NCBI GenBank assembly: GCA_023391185.1
Contig: JAEWBI010000045.1
Location: 786 to 64,785, forward strand
DNA length: 64,000 nt
DNA from: Bacillota bacterium
GTDB taxonomy: Bacteria > Bacillota_I > Bacilli_A > RF39 > UBA660
Reading direction: 5' to 3'
This document shows positions 10,455 through 20,644 of this stretch, piece after piece. A program made the position numbers and the translations under genes. A model generated the notes under the pieces. The model saw only the letters and a program-made list of their open reading frames with translations, was not told the origin of the DNA and searched no databases. Each line of letters starts with the position of its first letter. The stretch's first letter is position 1.

Positions 10455-11582
10455 ATGAAAAAGAAAATAAGAAATTTGAATAGTGGTTTCACATTAGTAG
10501 AATTAATTGCCATTATAATTATAATATCTGTTATATCTTTGGTTTCTTTTGTAGCCATGACAAGAACAATTAAGAATAATCAGATTAAAGAGATAGAAGC
10601 TTTTGAAACAAGTTTAAAAGAAGCTGCTCAAATATATGTAGAAACTGATTTAACTAACTTTCCAACTTTAGACTTACCAGGAGGTTTTATTCAAGTTACT
10701 GCTAATTCCTTAATTGATAAAGGTTATTTTAAAAAAGGTATTAATAATCCGACAGACTGTACGATAGCTAATACTTTTGTATATGTCTTAAAACATTCAA
10801 ATAATACAATTTCATATTCAGTTTACTGTACTGGAGATACAATAAATGAACCTGATGATCCTGTTGAGACTTATGCAACATATACAAATGGTACAGCAGT
10901 ATACTTTAATCCTGTAACCGGAACTAAATGTGCATCAGGCGATGCTGTAAGTACTACAGGAACTAAAACTGGATGTATGAAGTGGTATGCATTTAATGAT
11001 GGTGGAAATACTACTTCAATGATTAATTTAATATTAGATCATAACACAACAGCTACTGTAGCATGGAATAATTCCGGATATAATGTAGATGGACCAACTA
11101 ATGTGCTTGCACAACTAGCTTCTGATACAAACTCATGGGCAGGAGTACCAAAAAGAACGGATATATATACTGTTAGTAATGGAACAGCTACATATAATAT
11201 AAATTATGGTACATATAGAGCAAGACTTATAACAGCAAATGAAATAGCCAAAATAACAAGTAATAGTAGTTTTTCAGAGGAGACAACTATATTTTCAGAT
11301 TGGTTTTTCTTAGACAGTAATAATCAAACATTTACAGCATCAACTCCTGGTTCAAGCAATTATGACTGGTTATTTGATTATACGAATGAATGTACAACAT
11401 ACGGATGTAGTTTTGCCGATTCTAGTAATTATGGATACTGGACATCAACAGCTGTTTTTAACAATTCTCTTATTGCGTGGAGCATAGATAGAAGTGGTAA
11501 TTTAAGTGAGGATGCAGTACACTTGCAAAATGCTAGTGGCATCCGCCCTGTAATAACTTTATCCAAAAATGCTATTAAGTAG
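10455..11582 (+). CDS. modular type IV prepilin: N-terminal pilin module plus a C-terminal lectin-like (DUF1566-like?) module
   Basis: Class III signal peptide MKKKIRNLNSG/FTLVE with Glu+5 and a hydrophobic helix. SD GGTGAT-AGT-ATG. The C-terminal ~235 aa are paralogous to the C-terminus of the 29196 product. Confidence 0.85.
   Translation: MKKKIRNLNSGFTLVELIAIIIIISVISLVSFVAMTRTIKNNQIKEIEAFETSLKEAAQIYVETDLTNFPTLDLPGGFIQVTANSLIDKGYFKKGINNPTDCTIANTFVYVLKHSNNTISYSVYCTGDTINEPDDPVETYATYTNGTAVYFNPVTGTKCASGDAVSTTGTKTGCMKWYAFNDGGNTTSMINLILDHNTTATVAWNNSGYNVDGPTNVLAQLASDTNSWAGVPKRTDIYTVSNGTATYNINYGTYRARLITANEIAKITSNSSFSEETTIFSDWFFLDSNNQTFTASTPGSSNYDWLFDYTNECTTYGCSFADSSNYGYWTSTAVFNNSLIAWSIDRSGNLSEDAVHLQNASGIRPVITLSKNAIK
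10885..11579 (+). repeat. dispersed ~0.7-kb paralogous coding module (copy 1 of 2; the partner is 31082-31778)
   Basis: Long stretches of near-identical DNA, e.g. AATGGTACAGCAGTATA[CT]TTTAATCC and GGATGTATGAA[GA]TGG. The proteins are roughly two-thirds identical by eye. Confidence 0.8.
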
Positions 11583-11619
11583 TTTGATAAACCTTATAAA
11601 AATAATTATTATATAACAA

Positions 11620-11651
11620 AAAAGGACTAGATATTATCTAGTCCTTTTTTA
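11620..11651. terminator. bidirectional terminator between the convergent pilin gene and lexA
   Basis: AGGACTAGAT-ATT-ATCTAGTCCT hairpin flanked by an A-run and a T-run. Confidence 0.8.
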
Positions 11652-11653
11652 AT

Positions 11654-12271
11654 TTAAAATTTTCTATATAAACCTATTGCTTTACCAAGTATGGATACAT
11701 TATTAAGAATAATTGGATCCATTGTGTCGTTTTCTGGTTGTAACCTAAAGTAACCGTTCTCCTTGTAAAAAGTCTTTAATGTAACTTCATTTTCATCAGT
11801 CATAGCAACTACAATTTCACCATTTCTTGCGACACTTTGTCTTTGAACGATTACAATGTCACCATCTAATATACCAGCATTTATCATACTAGAACCACTA
11901 ACTTTTAAGGTAAATACATCTTTATCATTAGGTACTAGATAGGCAGGTAATGAAAAATATTCATCAGGCATTTCTATTGCCTCAATAGGAGAACCGGCTG
12001 TTATTTTACCAAGAAGTGGTACCTCAACAACATCTTCATCCTTTTTATTAAATTCATTTTCTACTAATAATTCAATAGCTCTATTCTTAGAACCATCCTT
12101 TTTGATAAAACCTTTTTCTACTAATTTATTTAAATGTGTATGAATAGTGGCAGGGGATGAAACGCCTAAGTCTTTTCCAATTTCTCTAACTGTAGGTGGG
12201 TATCCGTGGGACACTATATATTCCTTAACATATGTAAGAATTTCGTCTTGTCTTCTAGTTAAGTTATCCAT
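11654..12271 (-). CDS. lexA: LexA repressor
   Basis: N-terminal winged HTH (LTRRQDEILTYVKEYIVSHGYPPTVREIG). S24 peptidase Ser (SGSSM) and Lys (VTLKTF). The start is taken at MDNL (12271), with GGAGG 7 nt upstream. Confidence 0.93.
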   Translation of the reverse strand: MDNLTRRQDEILTYVKEYIVSHGYPPTVREIGKDLGVSSPATIHTHLNKLVEKGFIKKDGSKNRAIELLVENEFNKKDEDVVEVPLLGKITAGSPIEAIEMPDEYFSLPAYLVPNDKDVFTLKVSGSSMINAGILDGDIVIVQRQSVARNGEIVVAMTDENEVTLKTFYKENGYFRLQPENDTMDPIILNNVSILGKAIGLYRKF

Positions 12272-12355
12272 CTTTAACCTCCTTTTTACTTTACACATAC
12301 ATCTTAACACACTTTACACAAGATGTCAAACATTTGTTTGTTTTTTATATTGACA

Positions 12356-12369
12356 CGAACAAGTGTTCG
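12356..12369. promoter_or_regulatory. LexA operator (Cheo/SOS box) CGAACAAGTGTTCG
   Basis: Fits the Firmicutes CGAAC-N4-GTTCG box (arms CGAAC and GTTCG complementary, 4-nt spacer AAGT not palindromic). It fills the spacer between TTGACA (12350-12355) and the extended -10 TGATAAACT (12370-12378) of the + strand promoter. Confidence 0.85.
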
Positions 12370-12402
12370 TGATAAACTTAATATAGTAAAGGAGGAAATA
12401 AA

Positions 12403-12540
12403 ATGGAAAAAATCAGTGAAAACAAATTAATGGTAGGTACAATAGTTTTCCTAGTTCTATTATTTTTTGTAGGAGGTTTAATGACAAGAAATGTAGATGT
12501 TAGTAATTCTATAACCGATACAACCTCAATTAATATGTAG
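12403..12540 (+). CDS. 45-aa single-TM peptide, candidate SOS-induced cell-division inhibitor (YneA/SosA positional analogue)
   Basis: Not in the ORF track. AAAGGAGG lies 7 nt before the ATG. Sequence MEKISENKLMVGTIVFLVLLFFVGGLMTRNVDVSNSITDTTSINM. Divergent from lexA and behind a LexA-box promoter. Confidence 0.6.
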   Translation: MEKISENKLMVGTIVFLVLLFFVGGLMTRNVDVSNSITDTTSINM

Positions 12541-12611
12541 TAAGTTTATAATATCTCTTTATTAAATTATTTAGTTTTGATATAATATGATTATAATAGA
12601 GAGGTGCAAAT

Positions 12612-14597
12612 ATGGATAATAAGATAATTGCTAATTTAAAAGCTTTAGGTATTGATATGATTGATGCAGCTGGGTCAGGACATCCAGGTATTGTTCTTGG
12701 CGCTGCACCAATTATATATACTTTATATGCTAGACATATGAATATAAATACTAATGATGATAAGTGGATTTCAAGAGATAGATTTGTTATGTCAGCTGGG
12801 CATGGTTCGGCTTTACTATATGCAACATTATTTATGGCTGGTTTCGATATTTCAGAAGATGATTTGAAACGTTTTAGAAGAAGCGGTTCAAAGACACCAG
12901 GTCATCCGGAAATAGGTGTAACACCAGGAGTAGATATGTCAACTGGTCCACTAGGTCAAGGTTTAGCTAGTGCAGTAGGTATGGCACTAGGGGAAAAGAT
13001 TTTAGAAAATAAATTTATCATTCCAAGTACAAGTTCAATGTTGGCAGATAAAGCTTTAATTAATTACAATGTTTATGTTTTATGTGGTGATGGTGATTTA
13101 ATGGAAGGCGTTAGTTATGAAGCTGCTTCACTTGCTGGAACATTAAATTTAGATAATCTTATTGTTTTATATGATTCCAATAATATTAGTTTAGATGGAG
13201 ATACATCTAATACTTTTACTGAAAATGTTCAAGATCGTTTTAAAGCAATGGGATGGTATACTTCTAAAGTTTTAAACGGCACAAATGTTGAAGATATTGA
13301 TAAAGCAATAACTGCTGCTAAAAAATCTGGTAAGCCTTCATTTATTGAGATTAAAACAATTATTGGTAATGGCTCAATGATGGCAGGAACTAGTGAAGCG
13401 CACGGAAAAGTATTATCTAAGGATGATATAAAATTATTAAAAAGAAATTTAGGAATGCCAGAAAATGCATTTTACATTGATGCAGAATCTATTCGTAATT
13501 TTAGAAATCAAATTACTTCGCGCAGTGAGCGAAAGTATGAAATATGGGGTAGAGCATATAATGAATATAAAAATAATCTTAATTTAAAAGAAGATAATGA
13601 ATTCGAAGTGATTCTTCGTGATAAACAATATGATTTATTAAATTATACATGGCAATTTGATAATGAAGTGAAAAAAAGTACAAGAGAACAAAATGGTGAA
13701 ATAATGCAAGAAATTGCTAAGATAGTATCTAACTTGATTGGTGGAAGTGCAGATTTAGCAAGTTCAACAAAAACTTATATAAAAAATGGTGGTGATATAA
13801 AAGATGATCACTATCTCGGGAAAAATATATGGTTTGGTGTTAGAGAGCACGCAATGGGAGCTATTTTAAATGGATTAAGTTTAACTAATTTTAAAGTATT
13901 TGGTTCAACATTTTTAACATTCTCTGATTATATGAAACCTGCTATTAGACTATCTGCACTTATGCATACTCCAGTAAATTATATATTTACACATGATTCA
14001 ATAGGTATTGGTCAAGATGGACCAACACACCAACCGATAGAACAACTAGCTATGCTTAGAAGTATTCCAAATCTAAGTGTTTATAGACCTGCTGATTCTA
14101 ATGAAATAGTAGGTTGTTGGAACTTAATGTTAAATAGTAAAGATCCTAATGCTTTAATACTATCAAGACAAGATATAAAGAATTTGTCGACTACAAGTAG
14201 TGAATATGTTAAATACGGTGCTTACCCAGTTCGTAAGGAACAAGAAAAAATACATGGTATTATTATTGCAACAGGTAGTGAAGTACACACAGCAGTTCTT
14301 TTAGCTGATCAATTATACAAAGAAAGTAAAATAGATTTAAGAGTAATAAGTATGCCTTGTATGGAAGTTTATGAAAAACAATCTGATAAATATAAACAAG
14401 CACTAATTCCAGTTGGTTATAAAACTATTGTTATTGAAGCTGGCTCATCATTTGGATGGCATAAATATGTTTATAACGAAAAATATTTAATGACCATTGA
14501 TATGTTTGGAACAAGTGGTACAAGAGGAGAAGTTGAAGAACACTGTAATTTTACCTATGATCAAGTAAAAGAGAGAGTAAAAAGATTATTTAGTTAA
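12612..14597 (+). CDS. tkt: transketolase
   Basis: 661 aa. ThDP-binding motifs GSGHPG and GDGDLMEG. Same position relative to lexA as in B. subtilis. Confidence 0.93.
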   Translation: MDNKIIANLKALGIDMIDAAGSGHPGIVLGAAPIIYTLYARHMNINTNDDKWISRDRFVMSAGHGSALLYATLFMAGFDISEDDLKRFRRSGSKTPGHPEIGVTPGVDMSTGPLGQGLASAVGMALGEKILENKFIIPSTSSMLADKALINYNVYVLCGDGDLMEGVSYEAASLAGTLNLDNLIVLYDSNNISLDGDTSNTFTENVQDRFKAMGWYTSKVLNGTNVEDIDKAITAAKKSGKPSFIEIKTIIGNGSMMAGTSEAHGKVLSKDDIKLLKRNLGMPENAFYIDAESIRNFRNQITSRSERKYEIWGRAYNEYKNNLNLKEDNEFEVILRDKQYDLLNYTWQFDNEVKKSTREQNGEIMQEIAKIVSNLIGGSADLASSTKTYIKNGGDIKDDHYLGKNIWFGVREHAMGAILNGLSLTNFKVFGSTFLTFSDYMKPAIRLSALMHTPVNYIFTHDSIGIGQDGPTHQPIEQLAMLRSIPNLSVYRPADSNEIVGCWNLMLNSKDPNALILSRQDIKNLSTTSSEYVKYGAYPVRKEQEKIHGIIIATGSEVHTAVLLADQLYKESKIDLRVISMPCMEVYEKQSDKYKQALIPVGYKTIVIEAGSSFGWHKYVYNEKYLMTIDMFGTSGTRGEVEEHCNFTYDQVKERVKRLFS

Positions 14598-14672
14598 TCT
14601 TTTTTTATATTCAATTTATAACTAAAAATATGGTATAATTATATAAGAATAATTAGTGTAGTAGGAGGCATT

Positions 14673-15593
14673 ATGAAGATTTTTAATTTTGGTAAAAAAA
14701 AGGAGCTAAAGGAGATAGAATTTGAAGTAAAAGAAGAAAAACCTGTTGTTTCAAAAAACAGTATAACTTTAGATAATAAAAAATACAACTTATTATGTAT
14801 TAACTTTGGTATAAATGATTATTCCTTTACCCTTACAGCTAATAATAACGGTAAAATAGTTATTAATAAAAGTATTAATAAAGAAGAATATGTTGATTTA
14901 GGCAAGACTGCTGAAATAGCTATTGTAATTGATGAAAATTTAAAGAAAATCAAAGATTTATCTAGCAAAACAAACATTAATAATAGTAAAAATACTAATA
15001 TGTTACAAATTGAAGTGCAAGGAGAAAAATATACATTATTTAGAAGTGATCTTGAAGATGAAATTTCAATGTTTTATGATAGATTTGTTTTTGAACTGGC
15101 TGATATTTTAAATTTAAAAAAAAGTTATGAGAATATTGAACTAGACTTAACTTTTGAATATCCCCATAATTGGGATAAGGTTCCTACAGATTTAAATAAG
15201 TATTGCTTATTATCAAATTCTAAACCACTACTTGTGTTTAAAGATAATAGTCAAAACTTTGTTACTTTTGAATACATTAGTTTAAAGAATGATATTGTAT
15301 CAAAAATAATAAATAATATAAGTTTAAGTAAAGAATATGATGTATTAAGAACTTTTGATTTTGAAGCTGATGATTATAATGCTAATTTTTTTGTAATAGA
15401 TTATATAGAGACAGAGAAAATAGAACTTTTTTGTTTTTTAACTTTAAAAAACATATGTATTGTTATCACTATAATGGTTGGTGATAAAGAAAAAGTTGAT
15501 ATTAGTCAAATTGAAAAAAACAAAAAGTTTAAGGAAATCTTTGATGTTGTTGATTCACTTAAGATTTTAACAAATGTTGATATTGTTAAATAA
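14673..15593 (+). CDS. hypothetical protein
   Basis: Long ORF with SD AGGAGG. No recognisable motif. Confidence 0.6.
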   Translation: MKIFNFGKKKELKEIEFEVKEEKPVVSKNSITLDNKKYNLLCINFGINDYSFTLTANNNGKIVINKSINKEEYVDLGKTAEIAIVIDENLKKIKDLSSKTNINNSKNTNMLQIEVQGEKYTLFRSDLEDEISMFYDRFVFELADILNLKKSYENIELDLTFEYPHNWDKVPTDLNKYCLLSNSKPLLVFKDNSQNFVTFEYISLKNDIVSKIINNISLSKEYDVLRTFDFEADDYNANFFVIDYIETEKIELFCFLTLKNICIVITIMVGDKEKVDISQIEKNKKFKEIFDVVDSLKILTNVDIVK

Positions 15594-15656
15594 TATAATA
15601 TTTACTTGAAATATAAAGGATAATTTAGTAAAATACTATTAGAGAGGGATGAAAAA

Positions 15657-15878
15657 ATGGGAGCATTTTTAATAGATGTATTACAAGTAGTAGTTGGTCT
15701 AGTAATAGGCGCTGTTATTGGATTCTTTGGAGCAAAAAGATATATGCAAAAATATATGAAAAAGAATCCACCAATCAATGAACAAATGATTAAAGCAATG
15801 ATGACACAAATGGGAAGAACACCAAGTCAAAAGCAAGTTAATCAAATGATGAAATCAATGACAAAATATATGGACTAA
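15657..15878 (+). CDS. yneF: UPF0154 family membrane protein YneF
   Basis: One TM helix followed by KKNPPINEQMIKAMMTQMGRTPSQKQVNQMM, which matches the YneF signature from memory. Synteny with tkt. Confidence 0.8.
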   Translation: MGAFLIDVLQVVVGLVIGAVIGFFGAKRYMQKYMKKNPPINEQMIKAMMTQMGRTPSQKQVNQMMKSMTKYMD

Positions 15879-16001
15879 AAGTTCATATTTTTTTTTATTA
15901 ATTTATTAGATATAAATAGATTGAATAGTATATATTAATATTTTATATATTGACTTTTTATATATAAATTAGTATTATAAAAATACGGTTGGAGGAGTAT
16001 T

Positions 16002-16502
16002 ATGAAGTTATTACCGGAACAAGTTGTTCAACTTAATGAAAGTTTAGAAAAGTTACAAAATACATACAAAAGATTAAGAGAAATGAAAAGAAACGATGTT
16101 GTAAACGCAAATTATGCTGCTGATGGATTTTCGGATTTACCAGATAGTCAATTAATTAGTGAAATTAATGAGACTATCAACAAAATACATGAGATAGAGT
16201 TAATTTTGAAGACATGCACAATTATTGATATCGTGCCAAGTGAAATTATTGCAATTGGTAGTGAGTTTACCGCAACTGTTGATTTTTTTGGTGAGAAAGA
16301 ACCTGAAACTTATGTCCTTGTTGAAAATGGACAAAAAATAGCAGGGAAAAAAATCATATCAATTGCTTCGCCTTTAGGGCAATCAGTATTAGGAAAAACA
16401 GTAAATGATAATTTTTCTTACAAAGTAAATAATAATGTTTTTAATGGCACTATTAATAAAATTCATACATGTCCATTAAAGGAAAAGACTATTGTAAAAT
16501 AG
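16002..16502 (+). CDS. GreA/GreB-family transcription elongation factor homologue
   Basis: N-terminal coiled coil. C-terminal FKBP-like part with ISIASPLGQSVLGKTVND (GreA SPLGxALLGKxxGD-like). Confidence 0.65.
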   Translation: MKLLPEQVVQLNESLEKLQNTYKRLREMKRNDVVNANYAADGFSDLPDSQLISEINETINKIHEIELILKTCTIIDIVPSEIIAIGSEFTATVDFFGEKEPETYVLVENGQKIAGKKIISIASPLGQSVLGKTVNDNFSYKVNNNVFNGTINKIHTCPLKEKTIVK

Positions 16503-16519
16503 TTTTTTTTCATATATAA

Positions 16520-17683
<1,164 letters not shown>

Positions 17684-17696
17684 GAATAAAGAGATA

Positions 17697-18071
17697 TTAA
17701 GTTTTAGCTACATCTTTATGTCTAGCAATTCCTATCATACTGCCTAAACAACTACAAATAATAATAATTAAATACAAAAGGAAATTTTTCATTTCAAAAC
17801 TATGATAAAAGATTAAGTTTAATATTAATAAAACAAATGATAATATCATTCCATATTTTATTCCTTCGAGATAACCTTTTTTATTTGATGTAATTCCTAA
17901 CTTAAAACTTCCTATAAGTATAGATAAAATGAGTATTAATATCTTAAATATATTTACTAATTTAATACTAAACAAACTAAAATAGTTCAAAATAGTTATT
18001 AATAGTATTCCTATTAATAGAGTAATAATGGTATATATTAGGCACATTCCTAATTTTTTTAAGTAGTTCAT
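17697..18071 (-). CDS. small polytopic membrane protein (TIGR04086/YrzE-like?)
   Basis: The start is taken at MNYLKK (18071), with SD GGTGAT upstream. Four predicted TM helices. Confidence 0.6.
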   Translation of the reverse strand: MNYLKKLGMCLIYTIITLLIGILLITILNYFSLFSIKLVNIFKILILILSILIGSFKLGITSNKKGYLEGIKYGMILSFVLLILNLIFYHSFEMKNFLLYLIIIICSCLGSMIGIARHKDVAKT

Positions 18072-18144
18072 ATAATCACCTATAATATTATATTTATTTG
18101 TATAATTTAATATTACAAGTACATAATTAAATGGTGATATTATT

Positions 18145-18573
18145 ATGATGATAAGTATAAAATTATGCTTACTATATACTGCACTTGTTTTTATATTTGA
18201 TATGTTAGACAAAAATAGACTATATAGCAATTTAAATTTCCTTATAATGATAATAACAGTTGGTAGTATTTTTGTTCTGAGTATTATTGATATAGTTGAT
18301 GTTACGTTTTCGGTTACTTTCTTGTTTTTAAATAAATATATAATTAATAATTATTTTTATAAAAGAAAAAAGAAACAATTTAAACAAAAATCTTATATTA
18401 ATATGCCAGTACCATTAATTATATCTGGTGATATAAACTACGATTCATTAAAAAAAATTAGGAAAAATTCTTTTTGGTTAATTAATAATATGGAAAAAAA
18501 CAATTTAGAACTAGAAAATATATACTACGCATTTTATATGAATGATGAAACTTATTTTATTAAACGAAGTTAA
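18145..18573 (+). CDS. membrane protein, C-terminal part weakly YetF/DUF421-like
   Basis: SD GGTGAT plus ATG. Two or three TM helices, then PVPLIISGDINYDSLKKIRK...LENIYYAFYMNDETYFI. Confidence 0.45.
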   Translation: MMISIKLCLLYTALVFIFDMLDKNRLYSNLNFLIMIITVGSIFVLSIIDIVDVTFSVTFLFLNKYIINNYFYKRKKKQFKQKSYINMPVPLIISGDINYDSLKKIRKNSFWLINNMEKNNLELENIYYAFYMNDETYFIKRS

Positions 18574-18765
18574 TATATCTCATATAGGATAATTAGTTTT
18601 TTGATTAATAAGTTTGAGATATAGTAAAATTAGTTTGAAGAATAATTGTAAATTAAAAAACTTATATATTTAAGAATGATAAAAAATTAAGAGGTGTATA
18701 ATTACTTCTTTTTTTTGACAATATACTCTTTTTTTGGTATCATATTTTTAGATAGGAGAATAGTA

Positions 18766-19212
18766 ATGAAAAAGTTTTTTTTAGTTATAGTTTGTAGTAT
18801 TTTTACATTTATTTTAGCGGGTTGCACAAGTAATAAGAATATTAATTTAGATAATGTATATGAAAATTTAACAGATGATTATACTGATTTTATAAAAGTA
18901 GATGAAGATGTATTAACAGGAAATTATGGGATAGATGTAAGTGTATTTAAAGATTATTTAGTGGTAATGAATGAAGCTGGTACAACAAGTAAAATGTACG
19001 CTATATTTGAAGCAGGAGATTCTTACGAAGATGCTGAAGATGAAGCCACATACTTTGTAAATAAATACACAGAAAGTTGGGATAATGGTTATTTTCCTGA
19101 TGAGACAAAGTTAGTTAATGATGGCATTACTGAAAAATACGGTAATTATATTATATATGTAGTAAATGATGATGCAGATAATATAATTACTAAAATAAAA
19201 TCAAGTAATTAG
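18766..19212 (+). CDS. DUF4358-like lipoprotein
   Basis: Lipobox in MKKFFLVIVCSIFTFILAGC. Extended -10 TGGTATCAT upstream. This family commonly accompanies MBOAT/DHHW pairs. Confidence 0.65.
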   Translation: MKKFFLVIVCSIFTFILAGCTSNKNINLDNVYENLTDDYTDFIKVDEDVLTGNYGIDVSVFKDYLVVMNEAGTTSKMYAIFEAGDSYEDAEDEATYFVNKYTESWDNGYFPDETKLVNDGITEKYGNYIIYVVNDDADNIITKIKSSN

Positions 19213-19226
19213 AAAGGAAGATAACA

Positions 19227-20636
19227 ATGGTTTTTAGTAGCATTCCATTTATATTTTTCTTTTTTCCTATATTTTTAATTTTATATTATGCTGCTCCTTA
19301 TAAATATAAGAATATTATTCTCTTAATATTTAGTTTAATTTTTTATGCTTGGGGAGAACCAATATATATATTGTTAATGATATTTTCCTCATTTGTTGAC
19401 TATATATGTGGTCTAAATATAGAAAAGAACAGAGACAATAAGAGGAAAAAAAGATTATTTTTAATTATTTCAATTATTGTTAACCTTAGTTTATTAGGAT
19501 TTTTTAAATATTCCGATTTCTTAATTGGAATGATAAATAATATATTTCATATTAATATACCACTCCTTAATTTAGCTCTTCCAATAGGAATAAGTTTTTA
19601 TACTTTTCAAACAATGAGCTATTCAATTGATGTATATAAAGGAACTGTAAAAGTAGAACATAATTTTTTTAATTATATGACATATGTTACAATGTTTCCT
19701 CAGTTAATAGCGGGGCCAATTGTTCGATATGAGGATGTTGCTAGAGAACTTAAACATAAAGAAATAACATTTCATAAATTTAGTGAAGGTTTACTTAGAT
19801 TTATGAGGGGACTATTTAAAAAAGTTCTTATTGCTAACAACGTAGGTTATTTATTTACTGTTATTAGTACAATGACAACAAGCGAAATTTCGGTATTATC
19901 TGCTTGGCTTGGTGTAATTGCTTTTAGTTTCCAAATATATTTTGATTTTAGTGGTTATAGTGATATGGCAATAGGTATGGGAAAAATGTTAGGCTTCACA
20001 TATCTTGAAAACTTTGATCATCCATATATATCTAAGAGTATCACGGAGTTTTGGAGAAGATGGCATATGTCATTGTCGACATGGTTTAAAGACTATGTAT
20101 ATATACCTCTTGGTGGCTCTAGAGTATCAAGGATTATTAATATTAGAAATATATTAATTGTGTGGTTACTAACTGGTTTATGGCATGGTGCTAATCTTAA
20201 CTTTGTTTTATGGGGTCTATATTATGGAATAGTATTAATATTAGAAAAATTCATCCTAAAGAAATATATAGATAGACTTCCAAATGTTTTAAAACATACC
20301 TATACATTATTTTTAATTTTAATTGGGTGGTTAATATTTGCCTTTGACGATATGAATAAACTTGGTAGTTTTGCTAAAATAATGTTTGGTTTTGATGATG
20401 TTGATTTTGTTAATAGTAATTTTTTATATTACTTAAAAAATTATTTTATCATTATAATAATTAGTATTATATTCTCTATGCCAGTATATTCAAAGATAAA
20501 AGAAACCTTAAGAAAAATTAAGTTTCCAAAAACTTTATTTATTATAGTACTTACTATATATGTTTTATTATTTATAGTTACAATAGGTTATATTGTTAAC
20601 GATACATATAATCCATTCTTATATTTTAGATTTTGA
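19227..20636 (+). CDS. MBOAT family O-acyltransferase (AlgI/DltB/PatA-like)
   Basis: Polytopic protein with FWRRWHMSLSTWFKDYVYIPLGG, including the conserved His. Confidence 0.88.
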   Translation: MVFSSIPFIFFFFPIFLILYYAAPYKYKNIILLIFSLIFYAWGEPIYILLMIFSSFVDYICGLNIEKNRDNKRKKRLFLIISIIVNLSLLGFFKYSDFLIGMINNIFHINIPLLNLALPIGISFYTFQTMSYSIDVYKGTVKVEHNFFNYMTYVTMFPQLIAGPIVRYEDVARELKHKEITFHKFSEGLLRFMRGLFKKVLIANNVGYLFTVISTMTTSEISVLSAWLGVIAFSFQIYFDFSGYSDMAIGMGKMLGFTYLENFDHPYISKSITEFWRRWHMSLSTWFKDYVYIPLGGSRVSRIINIRNILIVWLLTGLWHGANLNFVLWGLYYGIVLILEKFILKKYIDRLPNVLKHTYTLFLILIGWLIFAFDDMNKLGSFAKIMFGFDDVDFVNSNFLYYLKNYFIIIIISIIFSMPVYSKIKETLRKIKFPKTLFIIVLTIYVLLFIVTIGYIVNDTYNPFLYFRF

Positions 20637-20644
20637 GGTGAAAT

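Noticed and set aside
11431-11579. The C-type-lectin-like C-termini of the two pilins (also 31626-31778) diverge most near the YWTST...RPV end. I considered them as a diversity-generating retroelement variable region and template pair.
   Set aside because: No reverse transcriptase or template repeat is present in the window. The differences between the two copies are not restricted to adenine positions.
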